Source: Octopus vulgaris (taxonomy: Eukaryota). From it: 64,000 nucleotides of DNA. Made by a program: the position numbers and the translations under genes. Positions 41,114-53,586 of the stretch are shown in pieces. Within the stretch, counting starts at the first letter, position 1. Each line of letters starts with the position of its first letter. A model generated the notes under the pieces. The model searched no databases. It worked only from the letters and a program-made list of their open reading frames with translations, and was not told the origin of the DNA. The DNA lies in NCBI GenBank assembly GCA_951406725.2, contig OX597834.1, positions 33,728,001-33,792,000 of the forward strand, read 5' to 3'.

Positions 41114-41420
41114 GAAGGCGCGTGGCTTAGTGGTTAGGGCATTCGGCTCACGATCGTAAGGTTGTGAGTTCAATTCCCGGCGACTCGTTGTGTCCTTGAG
41201 CAAGACACTTTATTTCATGTTGTTCCAGTAAAAATGAATAGTATCTGTATTTCAAAGGGCCGGCCTTGTCACACTCTGTGTCACGCTGAATCTCTCTGAG
41301 AACTACGTTAAGGGTAAACGTAACTGTGGAGTGCTCAGCCACTTGCACATTAATTTCACGAGCAAGCTGTTCCGTTGATCGTGTCAGCTGAGATCCTCGT
41401 CGTTGTAACCGACGGAGTAC
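41114..41420 (+). mobile_element. SINE family C copy
   Basis: Homology to 33067-33380. Confidence 0.9.
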
Positions 41421-42254
41421 TCCTTGGACTAAATTTGTCGAATGCACCCTTTTTATTTAGTTTTTAAGATGACGAGATGGCGTGATTTGAGGGCTATTTG
41501 GCTGCTATTTTTAGCTGGTCGAGCATTTATGTAGAGGCTCCATCGTTGGGTTCATGAAATCAATCGTATGCAGATTGCGTTGCCTTATAGCCCCGAATAA
41601 TTACAGTTTCAAAGGAAAATTTTGCAGAAAAAGAAAAGAAGGAAAGAAGAAGGGCAAAAGAAATATCTGTCGACAAACAACAATTAGATTTGATAATCAA
41701 AACAGATTCCACCTTAAAATAGTTTAGACATGAAAACGAAAAATAAACTATTATAAAAAAAAAAGCAAACAAACAATTCTCTTGATTCCATTTTTGTTTT
41801 TGTTTTTGTTGTTCTTTCCTAATTATCCCAACAAAATATAAATAAAATGACATAGAATTAAAACGTCTTCAAAGCTGAAACTATTTTAGTGATTTAAATT
41901 CATTAAATTTAATTACAACATATTAACTTCAAATAATTTATCTGCCATATTTAGCAATCTTTGCAAGCAGACGACAACAACCGTGCGTTGATGAGGATCG
42001 AGCGAGTGAGTGAGTGAGTGAGTGAGTGAGTGAGCGAGCGGGCGAGGGAAGGGAGGAGGGAGTGCCGTCGCCATATTTTAGAGAGTTTACGGCGTTTTAT
42101 TTGTGATTGGTAACTGGTTTAGTATTTAAGAAGTATAAATGTCCTTTTTCTTCGCTTCCCCTTCACACTCCTTTTCTCCTCTCTTCTTATATCTATTCAT
42201 GTGTGCGTGTGCATACAGTACACACACACACACACACACACACATGTATCTTTA

Positions 42255-42478
42255 ATCTTTTGTTTTTTACTTGTTTCATTTTCTTCAGTCATTTAACTGC
42301 ACAGCCATGCTCTGGCACCACCTTAAGTCGAACAAATCATTACTAGTACTTGTGTTTTTTCTTATTCGATCAGTTCCTTTTGTCGAAGCGCTAAGTTATG
42401 TGGACATAAACACACCAACATCTGTTGTAAAGCGCTGGGTAAGGAACAAACACAGACGAAAAGATGCACACACATAGT
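42255..42478 (-). mobile_element. SINE family B 3' half
   Basis: CAGTCATTTAACTGCACAGCCATGCT. Confidence 0.75.
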
Positions 42479-42479
42479 C

Positions 42480-42700
42480 GGTTCTATTTTTATTAACCAC
42501 TAAACTTCAAGTAGCTAACTTCAGTGCGTCCTTTGCGCATGCGCCCTCATTAGATAATTGACACTTCAACGTAATTCAATGCGAACTTGCGACGAGATAG
42601 GTTGTATTTTGTGTGCTTCGATTCACCCTGAAAATGGAGAACCAAAACGAACATTATCGACTCTTCACGCTTGCTTTTTTTTTTAAAGTCCGTTGGCTCA
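42480..42700 (+). pseudogene. mariner 5' remnant (UTR and transposase N-terminus)
   Basis: ATG near 42634 gives MENQNEHYRLFTLAFF, resembling mariner N-termini (MENQKEHFRHILLFYF type). Confidence 0.55.
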
Positions 42701-42973
42701 ACAACAAAAAGTTAACCATAGTAAAATAGGCAAGAAATTTCGTAATAGCTCTTGGTGCGAATCAACAGCTTTGAACTAATAGATAAACCCTTGTAATACG
42801 TATAAAGTAGTCTACGCTGTTTGTATATATCTGTTCGTTCCTTTTTTGCATTTGTGATTTCATTTTTGATCTTCTTTATGTAAATGAAGATATTTCCTTC
42901 CTTTTCTGCTTTGCTTTCTACGAAATGAGAAGATACAATGCAGAACTGTTGTTTTAACGAGTTGTATCTATTT

Positions 42974-43079
42974 ATCACCCGATAAGACACATCTGCACCA
43001 CCGGATGCTTCTGAACCAGTTGTTAAGTGTCCCACCCGTGAAGGATCGATGCTTGATGTGTCGGAACAATTATCGTGAT
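42974..43079 (+). ncRNA. Decayed long-stem-II type I hammerhead (family P3)
   Basis: atcac CCGATAA GACACATC..61 nt..GATGTGTC GGA ACAATTAT C gtgat; stems I (5 bp) and II (8 bp) perfect; four transitions in core and stem III; followed by AATAAA and (TATG)n. Confidence 0.55.
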
Positions 43080-43132
43080 TAATAAAAATTCTTGTATATC
43101 CTACCTTCCGTCTTTCATTTACCATATTTCTG

Positions 43133-43164
<32 letters not shown>

Positions 43165-43299
43165 TGTATGTATGTATGTATGTATGTATGTATGTATGTA
43201 TGTGTGTATGTATGTATTTCTCTTCTATTTTTTTATTATTATAAAACTTCCACTGAGGAGGGAGCCAGTTTCCAACAAAGATACAATGTTCCATCTTTG

Positions 43300-43460
43300 G
43301 GATGTAGTTAACACAGACAAATTTACATTTGGAACTTGAGAAAAGTCTTGCATATTTTTACTGTTCCACTCACAGATTTCTGAAAGACCCAGTTTAACCA
43401 GATTCTCCTTTAAGCTTTTACTAACAAAACCTAGTGCTCCAATTATTACCTTGAAAGATC
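43300..43460 (-). pseudogene. RLE C-terminal remnant
   Basis: FKVIIGALGFVSKSLKENLVKLGL. Confidence 0.65.
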
Positions 43461-44120
43461 TGTACAAAATGATGGAAATCTGGACACAGAAATACATCTG
43501 CAAATTCAAAGGGCAACACAAGCTTTTGGTGGTTTGGAATCACGTGTTTGGTGCCAACGACATATAAATAACAATACAAAATTGGTTCTTTATAAATCGT
43601 TTGTCTTATCTTCACTGTTGTATACTTCTGGAACATGGACGTATTATGAAAAACATTTCAAATTGTTAGAACGATTCCACCGAAAATCCTTTCGTTGCAT
43701 TTTAAACATTAAATGGGGCTTTTTTTATAAAAAAATTTTTTTTTTTACTCCAGACACAGATGTCTTTGAGTCTGCAAACATCACTTCAATTAAATCAACG
43801 ATTCTGAAAAACCAAATGAGATGATCTGGCCATATTGTTCGAATGGTGGATGAACGCACACACAAACAGCTGTTTTATGGCGAGCTTGCAGAAGGGAAAC
43901 GCAATCGGTGTAAAGCTAAAAGAAAAAAAAAAGGCTCAAGGACGGCATAAGAACTACTATGAAGTTACTTGGAATGGATCCAAAAGCCGTAGAAACCTTT
44001 GCTTCAGAGTGAGCTGGATGGCGAACAAAAGTGTGGAGTAGAGTGAAAGTGTTGGGGAGGCCAGGATGAGACATGCAAGACTCAAGAGAGATGTAAAGAA
44101 GAATGTTGCGATCGAGAGGT
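43460..44120 (+). pseudogene. RTE-clade LINE ORF C-terminal remnant
   Basis: TKLVLYKSFVLSSLLYTSGTWT..LLERFHRKSFRCILNIKW; QMR*SGHIVRMVDERTHKQLFYGELAEGKR. Confidence 0.85.
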
Positions 44121-44229
44121 GAATCTCAGTGACTTTTTTGTGTAGCACAGTTTGTGACAGACCAAGCCTTTCTTTTACTGGGTTCAAATTTCTTTTGAGG
44201 ACCCATAAAAAACGAACCTCCACCAACTA

Positions 44230-44725
44230 TTCTACTTATAATAAATTAGTAAATAAATAAAACATATGCATATATACATACATATATGTACGTACCTACC
44301 TCTACATGTATATATACATGCATATATGGGTACAGGACTAAAAAAAAACGTCGAACACAATGAGAAACGAAAACATAAACATAAAACCAAGGAAATGGAC
44401 ATTTTTTTAAACAACGAAAAAATAAAGTACAGGACATACAAAACAAGGAAAATTCCCCTTCTTCAGTCGCCTTAGATTCATCTACTCCACGTTTCGAAGG
44501 TCAAGGCGATACATGACTTCAATGAAAATTTCCTTCCCGCGAAAATCAAATTAAATAAAATTTGAGATTTTTTTGCGGAGGGGTAAAAATGGTAACAAAA
44601 ACAGGACAGTAACGACATTACAAAATATAAACAGTAAAAGACAGGACACGGAGAATAACAGTAACACAAACAAGAAGGGCTGTTAAGCCAAACGAGATAA
44701 AAAATTTTTTTACGAACTGTGCACA
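44230..44725 (-). mobile_element. Short AT-rich element (family P4), probably a Penelope-like terminus
   Basis: Terminal segment AATAAAACATATGCATAT..GTACGTACCTACCTCTACAT repeated at 30003-30066; carries a permuted hammerhead. Confidence 0.55.
44455..44516 (-). ncRNA. Candidate non-circularly permuted (pseudoknotted) hammerhead ribozyme
   Basis: TCATGT A | TCGCCTT ga CCTTC GAA ACGTGG agtagatgaatct AAGGCGA CTGAAGA A GGGG; stem III 6 bp (2 GU), stem I 7 bp, GUA site. Confidence 0.6.
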
Positions 44726-45229
44726 CATTTCAGTGCTATGTATGCCAAAAGGTCTGTTATTCCAACAGAGGCTTCGAAAAATCATTTTAAGATCCAAATC
44801 AGATATGCAATTTACATGAGTGTCTTTTCAAAACTTTGTCTGGTTTAAGAAGCCACAAGGGACGCTACAACGGATCTATGGTGTAGGTACAAGGGGTGGT
44901 CAGACTCTGCATAAGGAGTAGACAACCACCACACACACACACACATGCATGTATGTGTATATTGTTTGTTTCAATTGATTCTCAAACTATTCTTCTATTC
45001 ACCTGCGATTCCATCTTTTCTATCAGATATATTCGGGCCTGTTTACAGACACACACATACACACACACATTTTTTATAGACGTTCATGCATAGACACGCA
45101 CAAGCACTGACACACACACACAGACGCACACACACACAGACACGCACACACACACACACACACAGACACGCACACACACACAAACACACACTCCTGGCCA
45201 GTGCAAGTTCACAGTGTATGCTTTTATCT

Positions 45230-46036
<807 letters not shown>

Positions 46037-46859
46037 CGTGTTCGCGCATTTCATCATCTCTTACTCAGGCTCCCACTCCGTCCTTTCCTTCGTTTTGTCC
46101 CTCACCAAATTTACTCTATTTTATCGTCTGTTTGTTGTTCCTCTGATCCTTTAAGCGAAATCTAATCGTTTGTCTCTCTTTCTCTCTGTTTATTTCCCTT
46201 TTACTGCCTCTCTCTCTCTCTCTTCCTTTCATCTTCCCTTTTTCTTTTCCTTTCATCTTTCTCTCTCTCTCTCAGTTTCCTCACCTTTCTCATTTCCTCT
46301 CTCTCTTTCTCCATTTATCTCCTCTCTCTCTTCCCCGCATTTCTCTTTTCTATATCTCCCTCCCTGCTCCTTTCCCCACCTCTTTCCCGTCTCCCTATTC
46401 TCTCCCTCGATTTCAATGACTATTTAATTATTCTTTGATATCAAACAGTAATTACTATAACCGTAGAAGCGGAAACAGCAAACTAGGATGTGAGGCGGGG
46501 TGTCTCTCAGTGGTCGTCCAACCTGTAGAAATACCAGTTAAATGTCCCTCAAATCACACCCTACGGGCTGCACCATGATAAAACAGACAAGACTATTTGG
46601 CCAGGGATGGAATGTCTTTAAGCATGAAGCTGTTCAGTCAGAACCAACTTAGGGCTAAAGTAGCGCAAACCGAACAGCCGTCTCGATGGCGTAGACAGCT
46701 AGGGCATAGGCTGTTAACTGAGGGGTTAGTGGTTCTAATCTGGGGGTGGCTTTGCAAGGTTGATCGACCTGCTTATACATAGCAGCTAAATATCCGTCAA
46801 AGAACACCTTGCAATCTTTGATAAAGGACATATTGAATAATGTCAAACACACACACACA

Positions 46860-47107
46860 TGGAGTAAAGATTGTTTGCCAACATAACATGGCAGTTCTGG
46901 TTTAGGACGAATGTTGCTGTAATTTAGCCCCAGGAGACATTGTCTCCAGCTGGCTATACAACACGATCTGTGTCCTTATATTTTTGAACAAGGGAATATA
47001 TATAAGGACACAGACCAGCTAGAGACAACGTCTCCTAGGGTAAATTACAGCAACATTCGTCCTAAACCAGGACTGCCATGTTATGTTGGCAAACAATCTT
47101 TACTCCA
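46860..47107. mobile_element. Fold-back MITE, almost fully palindromic
   Basis: TGGAGTAAAGATTGTTTGCCAACATAACATGGCAG... / ...CTGCCATGTTATGTTGGCAAACAATCTTTACTCCA; arms about 110 bp. Confidence 0.85.
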
Positions 47108-47419
47108 AAGTACTGTTGCTGAATATCTCTCGTTATGAGATTTACAAATAGTGATTTTCAAACACGCACACATGTATGTATGCATGTGTATATGTGTAAA
47201 TTTTTTGCTGTACGTAAATATTGCATTAAATATTGAGTTAAAAACATATAATAAAGGTATAAACAAACGGGAAACAGACACAGAAGGTCGCCAATTCCAC
47301 ATCAGTTATCGGCCAGTGGGTCAATCACAACTTCGTGCCTAACCGATATATGTATATATAGTATATATGCATATATAATATATACATTTAGTATGTATAT
47401 AATGTGGATTATACGTGTG

Positions 47420-47630
47420 TACATTTGTGTTTTCCACCACCAACGCTTGACAAACGGTGCTGGTTTGTTTACATCCCTGTAACTTAGCAGTTCGGCTAAA
47501 AGACCGACAAGAATAAATGGAAGAATTAAGAAAAAAGAACACAAGTCCTTGGGCTGATTTGTTCGACTAAACGCTCGAAGGCAGTGCCCCAGCTTGGTCG
47601 CAGTCCAAAGACTAACCAAGATGAAAGATT
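47420..47630 (+). mobile_element. SINE family B 3' half
   Basis: CGCTTGACAAACGGTGCTGGTTTGTTTAC..GATTTGTTCGACTAAA. Confidence 0.8.
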
Positions 47631-47972
47631 GTATACACAATATGTGCAAACATGAGTGTCGCAGTCCTCCTGATACGGGAGAGGCTTCAACTAGGGTCAT
47701 TCAAAGAACTCCAAAGGCCCAAGATCACCCTGGCCAGCAAGGCGCGAACCTACTGTTGTTCGCTAAATTCACTGGGTGGGATGTTGTGTTTAGATCGAAC
47801 ACCTTGTATTTTATCGATCCCGAAATGATGGCAGGTAAAGTCGACCTCAACGAAATCTGAACTCAAAACATAACGATCCAGGAGAAATACTCCAAAGTAT
47901 TTTTGCGATGCTCTAACGAGTTCGCCATTTCGTTGATGATGATGAAGGCGGCCGTGGCGACAATGACTGCTG

Positions 47973-48012
<40 letters not shown>

Positions 48013-48871
48013 CACCACCACCACTACTACAACCACCGCCACCGCCACCACCAATATCACCACCACCACCACCACCATCACCACCACCACCACCACCACC
48101 ACCACACTACTACTACTACTACTACTACTACTACGTTGATGATAATGGCGATGATGATGACGATGATAAAGAGAATGGGTAGGATTATGATAATCGTTGT
48201 GGCGTTATTAAGTTTAGCCTCTCATCACTTTTCATGAAAAGAGCAAAGATTTTGCAAAAAGAAAATAAAGGCAGAAAAATGAAAATGTTCAAAGGGAATT
48301 CGATATCTCACCCCACCTACCCTACCATACCTCACCACCGCCCCACCCCCCGTTTCACTCACCCCTTCGTCGCTTCCATCTCCGACATCGCCTCATCCTA
48401 CCTCATATCTTCTGTCCCTCTCACGACTCTCTACTTCTTCTTTCCGTCCTCTCTCCCTCTTTCTCTTCTCATCCTCTCCACCCCCTCTCCCTTCACCAAT
48501 TTCTCCATCCTCGCGTCGTGCCTTATCTCCGTCATCCCCACCGTGACCAATTCTTAAACTATATCTGAAACACCCACGCCGACAAAATTTACAACTACTA
48601 CTACTACTAACACCACCACCACCACCTCCACAACAACCACCACCACTACAACCATCACCACCACGACCCCTACAGCCACCACCACTACAACCACAACCAA
48701 CACCACTACAACCATCACCACCACGACCCCTACAGCCACCACCACCACAACCACCACCACCACCACTACAACCACCACCACCACCACTACCACTACAATT
48801 GCCACCGCCATCATCACCACCACTACAACCACCACTGCGACCACTGCTATATAGGCCCATAAGTGCTTATA

Positions 48872-49102
48872 TTTTCATGAAAATCCTATGAAACGTTTTA
48901 TCAAAATTTTCATGAAAATGCTTGAAAAGTTTTTAAAAATTTTCATGAAAATCCTTCAAATGCTTTTCAAAATTTTCATGAAAATCCTTGAAAAGTTTTT
49001 CGAAATTTTCATGAAAATCCATGAGAAGTGTTTTCAAAATTTTCATGAAAATTCTTCAAATGCTTTTCAAAATTTTCATGAAAATCCTTGAAAAGGTTTT
49101 CA
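48872..49102. repeat. About 30-bp minisatellite with palindromic core ATTTTCATGAAAAT
   Basis: Seven TTTTCATGAAAAT units. Confidence 0.9.
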
Positions 49103-49188
49103 AAACACAAAGAGAAAACACAACAAAGCGAGGACGTGGAACAAGTATAGCGTTATTGGCTGCTCAGGAAAGGAAAGAAAGAAGGAGC

Positions 49189-49223
49189 ATTTAACGTTTC
49201 GTGCGGAGCTCTTCGTCAGAAAC
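49189..49223 (-). ncRNA. Minimal type I hammerhead with canonical core (within Penelope-like end 49105-49345)
   Basis: gttt CTGACGA A GAGC tcc GCAC GAA ACGT T aaat; one mismatch in stem II. Confidence 0.7.
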
Positions 49224-49529
49224 ATAGAAAAAGGAAAGGTCCAAGGAAGGGAAGACGGAGAAAGAAAATCGCCAACGATTCACACGCGGTCACATATTGA
49301 ATGACCGGAAGGGAATGGGCGAAGAAAAAGTTCTTTCAAAGACAGGAAAGTGCAAGAGAAGGAGGTATGTGTGTGTGTATGAGTGGGTATGTGGGTGCAC
49401 GCAGGTCTGTGTGCGTGTGTGTGTGTGTATGTGTGAGTTAGGTATACCTATATGTATGCCTTACTCTCGTCCGTCCATAAATCTCCCTTCATACACACAT
49501 ACACACACACTCGCACTTTCATCACACAC

Positions 49530-49573
<44 letters not shown>

Positions 49574-50128
49574 ACACACATACATTTGTAATTTTAATAT
49601 CTTTTCACTTACTTCTGTGTCCCGAAAAGCCATTTCTCACGCGTTTACCATTTCATTGTTAAACTACACAATGCAAAAGGAAACTGTAACTGCTCCAGCA
49701 TGGCCGACACTGCCATTGGGAGACAAAACCTTTCTTCGACCCCAACGTCCGTTCTTCAAATGGCTGTCCCCTCTCTTTATCTATTTGTCTTCTTATTTGT
49801 ATGTGTGTGTACATACATACATACATACATACATACATACATACATACATACATACATACATACATACATACATACATACATACATACATACATACATAC
49901 ATACATACATACATACATACATACATACATACATACATACATACATACATACATACATACATACATACATACACATACATACATACATACATACATACAT
50001 ACATACATACACACACACATACATACGTACCTGAAGCTGTCGTCTGCATGAATCATTTGAGTTACCATTCTGATTTCGTTTGTAGTGTCACGTAACTCGT
50101 TAATGGAGAAATACCTGCTTGACAGCTT

Positions 50129-50245
50129 ACACACAAGTACGAACACACAGACACATACACACAAGTACGAACACACAGACACATACACACAAGTACGAAC
50201 ACACAGACACATACACACAAGTACGAACACACAGACACATACACA
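50129..50245. repeat. 28-bp tandem repeat x4 (CACACAAGTACGAACACACAGACACATA)
   Basis: Seen directly. Confidence 0.9.
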
Positions 50246-50396
50246 CACACGTGCACATACACACACACATACACACACATATCTTTAACTTAAGATGCCG
50301 TAAACAATGGTGGCTCTGTGTTTGTGTGTGTATTTGCATATATATATATATATATATACACCTCGCTCAGAGATTTATTATTGCTTATATATACAT

Positions 50397-50452
<56 letters not shown>

Positions 50453-51157
50453 GTGTGTGTGTGTGTATGTATATATATATGGACGTGTGTGTGTGTGTAC
50501 ATCTATATGTATGTATGCGTGTATGTATGTATGTATGTATGTATGTATGTATGTGTGTGTGTATGTGTGTGTGTATGTATGTATGTATGTATGTGTGTGT
50601 GTATGTGTGTATGTATGTATGTATGTATGTATGTATGTATGTATGCGCCGGTTTACAACAAAAATACGTGTATCATTATTTACCCTAGATTTTTAAGTCG
50701 GTAAGTTGATGGGAAGTGAGACACAGATAAAGAGCGTAAAAGACCCTATGTTGTACTCTGTGTGAATGCATTCGTGTGTGCGCGCGCGTATATACATACA
50801 TACATACTTACATGCACACGCATACATACACACACACGTGTATATTATGAAATTTATTTTGAATTGCACTTTACGTTCTGCCTGATCGCTTTTTTCACCC
50901 AGCCGGATGGTATATATACGTGTGTGTGTATGTGTGTGTGTGTGTGTGAGAGAGAGAGTGAGTGCCTGTGTATGTTTGCGTGCATGTGTATGTGTGAGAG
51001 TGTGTTTTTGTGCGTATGTGTATGTGTGAGAGTGTGTTTTTGTGCGTATGTGTATGTGTGAGAGTGGTGTGTGTGTGTATGCTTGTTTGTGTGAGAGTGT
51101 GTGTGTATGTGTATGTGTGAGAGTGAGTGTGTTTGAGAGAGAGTGTGTGTGTTTGTA

Positions 51158-51259
<102 letters not shown>

Positions 51260-51271
51260 TGTGTGTGTGTA

Positions 51272-52155
51272 CAGGGTGTTCGGATTAAATTTGACAGTTT
51301 GTAGTGAAGGGAAACGCAACACCATAACCAACCCCAAAATAAAAACATTTTAAAAAACCCAAAAAATATTCAACTGTGTCATGGCTAGGAAATAACATTT
51401 TACTCAGACTAATTGCTCCTGACTTCCACCACGGCCTCAACACGGCTCCATAATCTGGCGCATGAGTTCCTCACTATGTCCCGGAAAAGATCTTCAAACA
51501 CCTCCTTCATTTTGACCACCAACTCGGCCTTAGTGTTGTAGGCAGAGCGATGCTGTCCCCACACATAGTAGCCACTAAGATTAAAGGAAACGGTAAAGTT
51601 ACCTTCTCGAGTCATGTCGACTCATAAGGACCGATTTCCTGGTTTCCATTGTTTCCTGGTTTCCCCGCCCCTCCAGGACGGGATGCTGGTCAGTCGTAGG
51701 ATTATTTATTTTTGCCAGCTGGGTGGACTGCAGCAACGTGAAATGAAATGTTTTGCTCAAGAACATAACGTGTCACCCGGCCCAGGAATCGAAACCACAA
51801 TCTTGCGATCATAAATCCAACACTCCTAACCACTAAACCATGCACCTCCACTGTCCATAGGATTACAACCGCGTGAATTAGATGACAAGAAGTTGGGCTG
51901 ATGAAGTAGAAATTCACTGATGACCACGTCTGACTCTTTCCAGAGGTAAGTCAAGGAGACAAATCCTGCTTCCACACATATGGCTCTCCAGCACCAATCC
52001 TCTCCAGCCACAGTCTTCAACATTTTCACATTGCCGTCTGAATTGAGTGTAAGGCTCAAAGATGTGCGGAGGCATGATGTCACCCTCACTGGAGGCACAC
52101 CCAAAAAAGCCATCACGGTTTGGAGGAAAACTTGGTCTTCGTGATGTCCATGTCA
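51272..52155 (-). pseudogene. maT/DD37D-like transposase remnant interrupted by a SINE
   Basis: TA-CAGGGTG terminus at 51270; SSEGDIMPPHIFE, NSRGCNPMD|YYVWG, SCARLWSRVEAVVE. Confidence 0.85.
51575..51850 (-). mobile_element. Family C-related SINE inserted in the transposase SPDxNPxD-YYVW motif
   Basis: TTGCTCAAGAACATAACG, GGAATCGAAACC, CTAACCACTAAACCA. Confidence 0.8.
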
Positions 52156-52189
52156 CGTCTTACAACCTTTGCAGTGTTCACAGAGCATG

Positions 52190-52225
52190 CAACCTTTTCA
52201 ATAGTCAAGACTATTGAAAAGGTTG
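52190..52225. other. Perfect 17-bp-arm palindrome
   Basis: CAACCTTTTCAATAGTC AA GACTATTGAAAAGGTTG. Confidence 0.9.
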
Positions 52226-52789
52226 TAAGACGCAACGAAAATTTTAGGAAAATAAAAATAAGAAATAAGTGGAAGTTTTACCGGTGAGTGTGTTAAATTA
52301 TAAGGCACAAAAAGGAAAATGACTCTCCCCAAACACAACAGATAGTAAATCAAAATTCCATAAATACTATCGGGTGACATCTGGCCATCTCTGTATATGT
52401 ATGTGTGTGTGTATGTGTGTACCTATATATGTATGTATGTGTGTTTGTGTGTGTGTGTGTGAAACAACGCAATAGCATAAGAAAACATTCGATTCGACTC
52501 TACTAAAAACAATAACAAACAACAAAAATAGCAAAGGTGAAACAAAAGCTTGCGTAAAAGGGATTCCTCTGGGATTCGAAACCCTAAATTCAAACAACTG
52601 TGTAATTACACATTACGGTTTTTGCTGACGTCCCCCTTGGATTGACCAATCGAATTTTGCTTTCGGAATATAAGCAAACAACCAATGACACTGCTGAACA
52701 TTCAGCCGACCATGACATCAGAAAAACGAGTGACGTCAGAAGAAGGTCGGCCAAGCGGAACGCCGGATGATTTTGAGACAAAAACAAAC

Positions 52790-52975
52790 GACCAAGATAT
52801 TTGATAAACAAATGACTTCCGCAGCAAATCAACCATGCGGAACATTGAAGTACTAAAGCTAAGTGACCAGAAAACTGATAAACAAATGATGGCCCCCAGA
52901 TAGACAACTGGCCAGAGCACAGGGCTGCTGTCGAGCAAAAATAAGTGACCAAAACATTGATAAACAAATGATGTA
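52790..52975 (+). repeat. Three spaced copies of GACCA-N6/7-TGATAAACAAATGA, 75-81 bp apart
   Basis: Copies near 52790, 52865 and 52947 with dissimilar intervening sequence. Confidence 0.75.
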
Positions 52976-53104
52976 CTCCGGCAGTCAGCCAACCAGAACC
53001 CTGGACCAAAGGCGGAGAAAAGCAAGCGACGCTTTTAAGTGAGTAACCAATCAAGACTTAAACCTGTGTATTGAAACTTATACAAAATGTCTCGAAATTA
53101 TATA

Positions 53105-53262
53105 GGCGTGGCAGTGTTGTAAGAAGATTGCTTCGTAAGCACACGGTTCCAGGTTCAGTCCCACTGTGTGACAACTTTGGACAAGTGTCTTCTAGTATAG
53201 CCCCAGTCCGACCAAAGCCCTGTGAGTGGATTTGGTAGACGGGAACTGAAAGAAGCCCTATT
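53105..53262 (+). mobile_element. SINE family B 5' half (matching tail at 53815-53995)
   Basis: GGTTCAGTCCCACTGTGTGACAACTTTGGACAAGTG. Confidence 0.8.
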
Positions 53263-53319
53263 AATTTATTATATGACGGAACGCACGCATCCATTTCTAA
53301 GTAAGATTGTTCTTAATAA

Positions 53320-53392
<73 letters not shown>

Positions 53393-53528
53393 CAGTATAT
53401 ATATATACAGATTGAATACTGTTGTACATAAGGTAAATGTACTTGAAAGTTGTGTAATTTGTTTTGCTTTTTTTTTGGTATATTCCCAAACAACACTTCT
53501 TTTAGTATTGTTGACGCCTCCGGATCGA

Positions 53529-53586
53529 ATGCTACTGCCCAGGTGTCGAAACCATAATGATATTCGTGGGGCAGCTGATGATAGAG
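53529..53586 (+). ncRNA. Second candidate non-circularly permuted hammerhead (partly decayed)
   Basis: ATGCT A | CTGCCC aggtgTC GAA ACCAT aatgatattcgtg GGGCAG CTGATGA taGAG; stem I 6 bp, stem III 4/5 bp. Confidence 0.5.

Noticed and set aside
52790-52975. CRISPR array
   Set aside because: Eukaryotic context, only three imperfect repeats, no cas genes
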